Source: Patescibacteria group bacterium (GTDB lineage Bacteria > Patescibacteriota > Patescibacteriia > JACRDY01). Taken from it: a stretch of DNA of 64,000 bases. The stretch spans positions 82,710 through 146,709 of the forward strand of contig JBAZLA010000001.1 in NCBI GenBank assembly GCA_041650515.1, in the 5' to 3' direction. Position numbers and translations under genes: made by a program. The notes beneath the pieces are model-generated. The model was not told the DNA's origin. It worked only from the letters and a program-made list of their open reading frames with translations, and did not search any database. The first letter of the stretch is position 1, and the number at the start of each line of letters is the position of its first letter. This document shows positions 60,415 to 64,000 of this stretch, in pieces.

Positions 60415-60456
60415 GGCAGTACTCCTTCGTTCGTTGCTATCGAGTTGATTCGTTGG

Positions 60457-61110
60457 TTACTTCTTCTTGGGCATTAGCGCGGACATCATGGACGACTGCA
60501 AATGATTGGACATGGCCGTCGCGAAACCCCGCAAGGGAGACCGCTTGATCCAGCCGTGGTCCAAACAATACTGCGTTCGTTGCCAATCGTCCTGCCGCTC
60601 CTTGCCCCAACTTCCCATGAGCAGATACAAATACGGCAAGTCGTCGCGACTCTTGGTCGCAGCGACTACCTGCCGGAAATGATCCTGCGCCCAGGTTGGG
60701 AGATGGGTATACCAGTTGTTGAAAGCCTCATCGGCCGCTTTCAGAGCCGCTTCATCAAGTTTAAAGACTTTGACGGTCTCTTTTTTGGTTCTCAGCTGAG
60801 CACCTTCACGCGCCGGCGGAAGCTCTTTGTCCACGATAACGCTTCCCTCCATGAGGGTATGCGCTTTCTTGGCTTCAACCTCCATCGAGGCGGCTTCGTC
60901 TCCGAAACCGAGTCCGCCAACAGTACCAACCGCTTGCGCTTTTCCGGCGCCAGCGATTGTCTGTTTTATGCCGAATAGGCGATCAAGTACGAAGGCGGCA
61001 ATAGCCGCTACCGTGAAATCGCCAGCATCCGGTACAAAATGACGCAGAAAGCTCTGGACACCAGACGCAGGTTCACTTGCCGCCGAAGCGGTTTTCTTGT
61101 CCTCGGACAT
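60457..61110 (-). CDS. Hypothetical protein (217 aa), first gene of GC-rich operon
   Basis: ACGGAGGATACGAAA-ATG. No recognisable motif. Confidence 0.5.
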   Translation of the reverse strand: MSEDKKTASAASEPASGVQSFLRHFVPDAGDFTVAAIAAFVLDRLFGIKQTIAGAGKAQAVGTVGGLGFGDEAASMEVEAKKAHTLMEGSVIVDKELPPAREGAQLRTKKETVKVFKLDEAALKAADEAFNNWYTHLPTWAQDHFRQVVAATKSRDDLPYLYLLMGSWGKERQDDWQRTQYCLDHGWIKRSPLRGFATAMSNHLQSSMMSALMPKKK

Positions 61111-61360
61111 TTTCGTATCCTCCGTTTCTATCCTGTTATAAACTCTGAAACGACCAAAGGACCACCCTCTAGCCGTTATATTCTCACGCTTATATATTTA
61201 GCAGATTAAAAAGTCGTCGAAACGACCCAAAATCCGCCTTTTTCAAGGGACAGTCAGACTCGCTTTAGCCCGAAAGCTAATTTGAGACTAACTTTATATG
61301 ATAGCATATTTAGAGATAAAAGTCAATGATTTAAACCAAAAAATGGCCAAAATTAGCAAA

Positions 61361-61530
61361 AAAACAAAAAAGCATACGCCCCGACATAACATCGGGGCTA
61401 AACAAAAAAGCAAGGTTATCAGCCTTGTTTTCTTGCTTTTTTGTTTTCTTGTTTTATTTTTTAGGCCGAGTGATCCGCCAATTCGGCGAAAAACGAGGCC
61501 GTATGCTTTCTTGTTTTATTGCTTTATTGA
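61361..61530. repeat. Family-D MITE-like element with terminal inverted repeats aaagcatacgcc / ggccgtatgcttt and internal (ttttcttg)n
   Basis: Inverted termini, internal hairpin ccccgacataacatcgggg, and a microsatellite ttgttttcttgcttttttgttttcttg. Confidence 0.65.
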
Positions 61531-61590
61531 CCTAAAAAACCGCCCGACCAGGCGGCCTTTTAATTTTTATTTGATATCTATCACTTACTA

Positions 61591-62010
61591 CTAACCGCTA
61601 CCAGTAATAGTTTTAAACACTAAAGTTAAAATAGCATAGCTAGAAAAAACCACTATAATTCCAATAATCGACCAAACCATAATTTCACGACCTTTTTTGA
61701 CTCGCTCCTCATTGCCACCGGAAAAAATCCAATAAAAACCACCCAGCACAAAAGCCAAAAAGGCTAACGCGCCAATTGGAAAGATCATAAAATAAGCAAC
61801 CTGAGCAGCAAAACCGGTTAGCCGCGCCGCCGTGTCATCACTAGCCGAGTCATTATAACTGCGATAGCCCATAGGATCGCCTAAACAGATCGTTCCATCT
61901 GGTGTGCCTTCTGGACATTTCACCTCATCAGCCGCTAGAACCGCTAAACTATTGAATAATAAAATAGCTAAACAAGCTGAAAATAAGATCAATTTGATTT
62001 TGTTTTGCAT
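61591..62010 (-). CDS. TrbC/VirB2-like pilin family protein (candidate)
   Basis: Signal peptide plus two hydrophobic helices (FAAQVAYFMIFPIGALAFLAFVLGGFYW, MVWSIIGIIVVFSSYAIL), arranged as in conjugative pilin. Size 139 aa. Confidence 0.4.
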   Translation of the reverse strand: MQNKIKLILFSACLAILLFNSLAVLAADEVKCPEGTPDGTICLGDPMGYRSYNDSASDDTAARLTGFAAQVAYFMIFPIGALAFLAFVLGGFYWIFSGGNEERVKKGREIMVWSIIGIIVVFSSYAILTLVFKTITGSG

Positions 62011-62139
62011 ATGGATTTTAAAATGATTCTAATCTAATTATAGGATATTTTAGAAAAAAGGGATAGGGGAGAAGGACATCCATCATCGCAAGCGAGCTCA
62101 CCAGATTTATTATTTTAAAGCTCTGGGGTAATAGATCCA

Positions 62140-62301
62140 ATGGGGGTTTGGGGGTGTTTGCGGCGCCAAGTCCCGCCCCGGCCTTTTTGATCTTTCCCCA
62201 GGGGCGGGACGGGTAGAACGGAATAAAAATGAACAACGCCCGCGCCTCAAACGCCCCCAAAACTTTTTTGATTACTTTTTTAGTTATAAAAAAGTAACAA
62301 C
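62140..62301 (+). repeat. Family-A structured repeat, copy 3
   Basis: gggggtttggggg...cgcccccaaaac-T6. Has ggcgccaagtcccgcccc and gggcgggacgggtagaacgg blocks, and the terminal palindrome gttactttttta-gtta-taaaaaagtaac. Confidence 0.6.
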
Positions 62302-62353
62302 TTTAAAAAACCGCCTCAACGGCGGTTTTAATCTTAATATTTTTTTCTAAGGG

Positions 62354-62911
62354 TTAATAAATCTCCACTCTCAACCGACGAACACCAAACGCTTTAGCCG
62401 CCTCACGGCTCTTCATCCAGACATCAACTCGATAATCATAGCGGGCATTCATCCGGTCTTGGACAGTAAAAACTTGGTCGCCGAAGTAATCCGGCATTTT
62501 GATCTCGGTGCCAAAGGGTAAAAAATTAGCCGCCACCACGTCCTCTTGATCATGGAGACAAACGTTAAAACCATTGGCGGTTCGACACGGATCATCATCA
62601 CACTGATCAACCGTGCTGGAATAAGCCGTGACCGTCACCCAAATCACCCGTTTAGGCTTAGGCGCGGCTTCTGGCAGAGAATTAACGAACTCTTCTGGCT
62701 CAGCCGCTAAGGCGGGAGTAAATAAACTTAGCTCCAAAACCGGGGTATCAGCATCAATCGCACCGGTCTGCCGAAGCGAGTGGGCGAGGCTCACTTGCGG
62801 AAAGGCAAACTCAAAGATAACTATCGCCAAAACCCCAATCTCCAAATGCTTATTTTGAGCTATTTTTAGGTATTTTTTGGCTGTTTTAACAAAACGTCTC
62901 AGGTATTCCAT
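62354..62911 (-). CDS. 3D-domain protein (RlpA/MltA-like double-psi beta-barrel)
   Basis: VTVTAYSS..DQCDDDPC.TANG ... FGT.I..P ... VQDRMNARY...VDVWM motifs. N-terminal transmembrane segment. Confidence 0.55.
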   Translation of the reverse strand: MEYLRRFVKTAKKYLKIAQNKHLEIGVLAIVIFEFAFPQVSLAHSLRQTGAIDADTPVLELSLFTPALAAEPEEFVNSLPEAAPKPKRVIWVTVTAYSSTVDQCDDDPCRTANGFNVCLHDQEDVVAANFLPFGTEIKMPDYFGDQVFTVQDRMNARYDYRVDVWMKSREAAKAFGVRRLRVEIY

Positions 62912-63118
62912 AATTTTATTTAAAAACCCCTAATATACCTTAGGGATTTTCTGATCCGCTATCTTAGCAGAACCAGCCAAAATTGTCAAGGGTAACAAAA
63001 CAACCGCGGCTTTTTCTAGCCACGGCTGCTAATTAGTTTTTGATAATAGTTTTAACCCTTTTTAGGCATCAATTCACCCAACTTTACCTTGATTATCCCT
63101 TAATAACACCCGACTGAC

Positions 63119-63168
63119 TGGAGCGGGTAATGGGAATCTCCCCCTACGGGGGATCACCCGTTAGGGTG
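63119..63168 (-). repeat. tRNA-Gly 3'-end duplicate (tggagcgggtaatgggaatc) + double mini-hairpin module
   Basis: 19/20 identity to 63231-63250, followed by tccccc-tac-ggggga and tcaccc-gtta-gggtga hairpins. Confidence 0.7.
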
Positions 63169-63230
63169 AGAACCCACCTTATCAGTTTACCGGCCCGCAT
63201 CTAAGAACTGGATAATTAGATCAATTTAGC

Positions 63231-63305
63231 TGGAGCGGGTAACGGGAATCGAACCCGTATTTTCAGTTTGGAAAACTGATGCACTAGCCGTTGTGCTATA
63301 CCCGC
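63231..63305 (-). tRNA. tRNA-Gly (anticodon UCC), CCA encoded
   Basis: Acceptor gcgggta/tacccgc. Anticodon loop uUUCCaa. T-arm acgggTTCGATTcccgt. Confidence 0.85.
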
Positions 63306-63497
63306 AAAATGGCTACCAATCTTTTATAAAGGCAGACGACACTCGCTCAAATAAATGAGCTCAAATTCTATTCTAGAAAGCTATTCCAAAATATCACAAA
63401 ATATGACAAGACACAATATATTATCAAAACATCGCACCTAGTGAAACAAAAATCCACCAACGAACATTGGCGGATTTTTTTAGGCAAAGCTGTTAAT

Positions 63498-63998
63498 CTA
63501 CTCTTTAACTAGTTTGATAAACTTAGCTACGGCTTCGTCTTGAGCCTGCTTCCGAATACCGACAATATGCTCTTTAACCCCTTTTCTGACCGTGGCTGGA
63601 TCGTCTTTAATATTAGTATAAAATCGATTAATAACATCCATGCCCATCGCCGCAATTGCCTGCATGCCGGCCCGCGCATCAGTCACTTGATATTTATCAC
63701 CCGCCGGCACCAATACCTGCCGGTCCAACAACTCTTTAATTATCGCCACGGCCGAATAATAATAGCGTTCGCCTTCGCTACCCTTTTCACCCGAGTTGGT
63801 GAGTAGATACTCTTCCAAGGCGGCTATTTTAGCTAATAACTGCTGCTCAATAATTTTATCAGCATCAGCTGGCTTATCTTGTTCCAGCTTACGCATTAAT
63901 AAAGCCACACCCACGGTTTCGGCTTTTAGTTCTTCAACTACTGCCGCTTCATCACTAACGCCCCGCCGCCTTTTGACGTGGCTATCTTCTTCGGCCAT
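63498..63998 (-). CDS. Hypothetical protein (166 aa)
   Basis: Complete ORF. The start codon lies 2 nt from the window edge. No recognisable motif. Confidence 0.4.
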   Translation of the reverse strand: MAEEDSHVKRRRGVSDEAAVVEELKAETVGVALLMRKLEQDKPADADKIIEQQLLAKIAALEEYLLTNSGEKGSEGERYYYSAVAIIKELLDRQVLVPAGDKYQVTDARAGMQAIAAMGMDVINRFYTNIKDDPATVRKGVKEHIVGIRKQAQDEAVAKFIKLVKE

Positions 63999-64000
63999 CA

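Noticed and set aside
61298-61594. 98-aa plus-strand ORF
   Set aside because: It spans the family-D MITE-like element and the ttttcttg microsatellite; K/F-rich repeat translation.

Overview
This 64-kb window looks like a compact, small-genome bacterium, with a gene content and style consistent with CPR/Patescibacteria (inference; standard genetic code, no recoded UGA). Conserved housekeeping genes: rny followed by a ymdB-like phosphoesterase, HU, clpP, an nrnA-like DHH phosphoesterase, rbfA, a MurE-like ligase, rpoB-rpoC, ftsK, a rodZ-like gene, recA, argS, efp, rpsF-ssb-rpsR, ychF, a TrmB-family regulator, rmuC, rpsT, holA and polA. These core blocks alternate with variable islands. (1) At least eight short GC-rich islands (about 55-62% GC, versus roughly 40-45% for the core) encode small unknown proteins, each with a strong GGAGG ribosome-binding site and often its own terminator. 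They include a cysteine-rich zinc-ribbon-repeat protein, tandem paralog pairs, and a three-gene operon whose third reading frame continues straight through an in-frame TAG. (2) Three tRNA loci are present: tRNA-Ala(GGC); a Val/Ala/Arg/Arg cluster; and tRNA-Cys and tRNA-Gly. The last three loci carry tRNA fragments. Three times, a duplicated tRNA 3' end is followed directly by a covarying double mini-hairpin module. A small GIY-YIG nuclease gene sits next to tRNA-Cys, and the same module also lies inside the anticodon loop of a degenerate tRNA-Cys copy. (3) There are four dispersed repeat families: B, a palindromic REP/MITE-like element with at least 12 copies; A, a structured element of about 170-190 bp in 3 copies that ends in a covarying hairpin; D, a MITE-like element with terminal inverted repeats and a ttttcttg microsatellite that also occurs in-frame inside polA; and the double-hairpin module. 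(4) Two tandem ~555-aa cysteine-rich paralogs are each followed by a family-B repeat. (5) A secreted M23 peptidase with large C-terminal extension and neighbouring AT-rich secreted genes share a duplicated 5' leader. No rRNA, CRISPR array or reverse transcriptase was seen. All functional calls rest on motif recognition by eye; no database search was possible.
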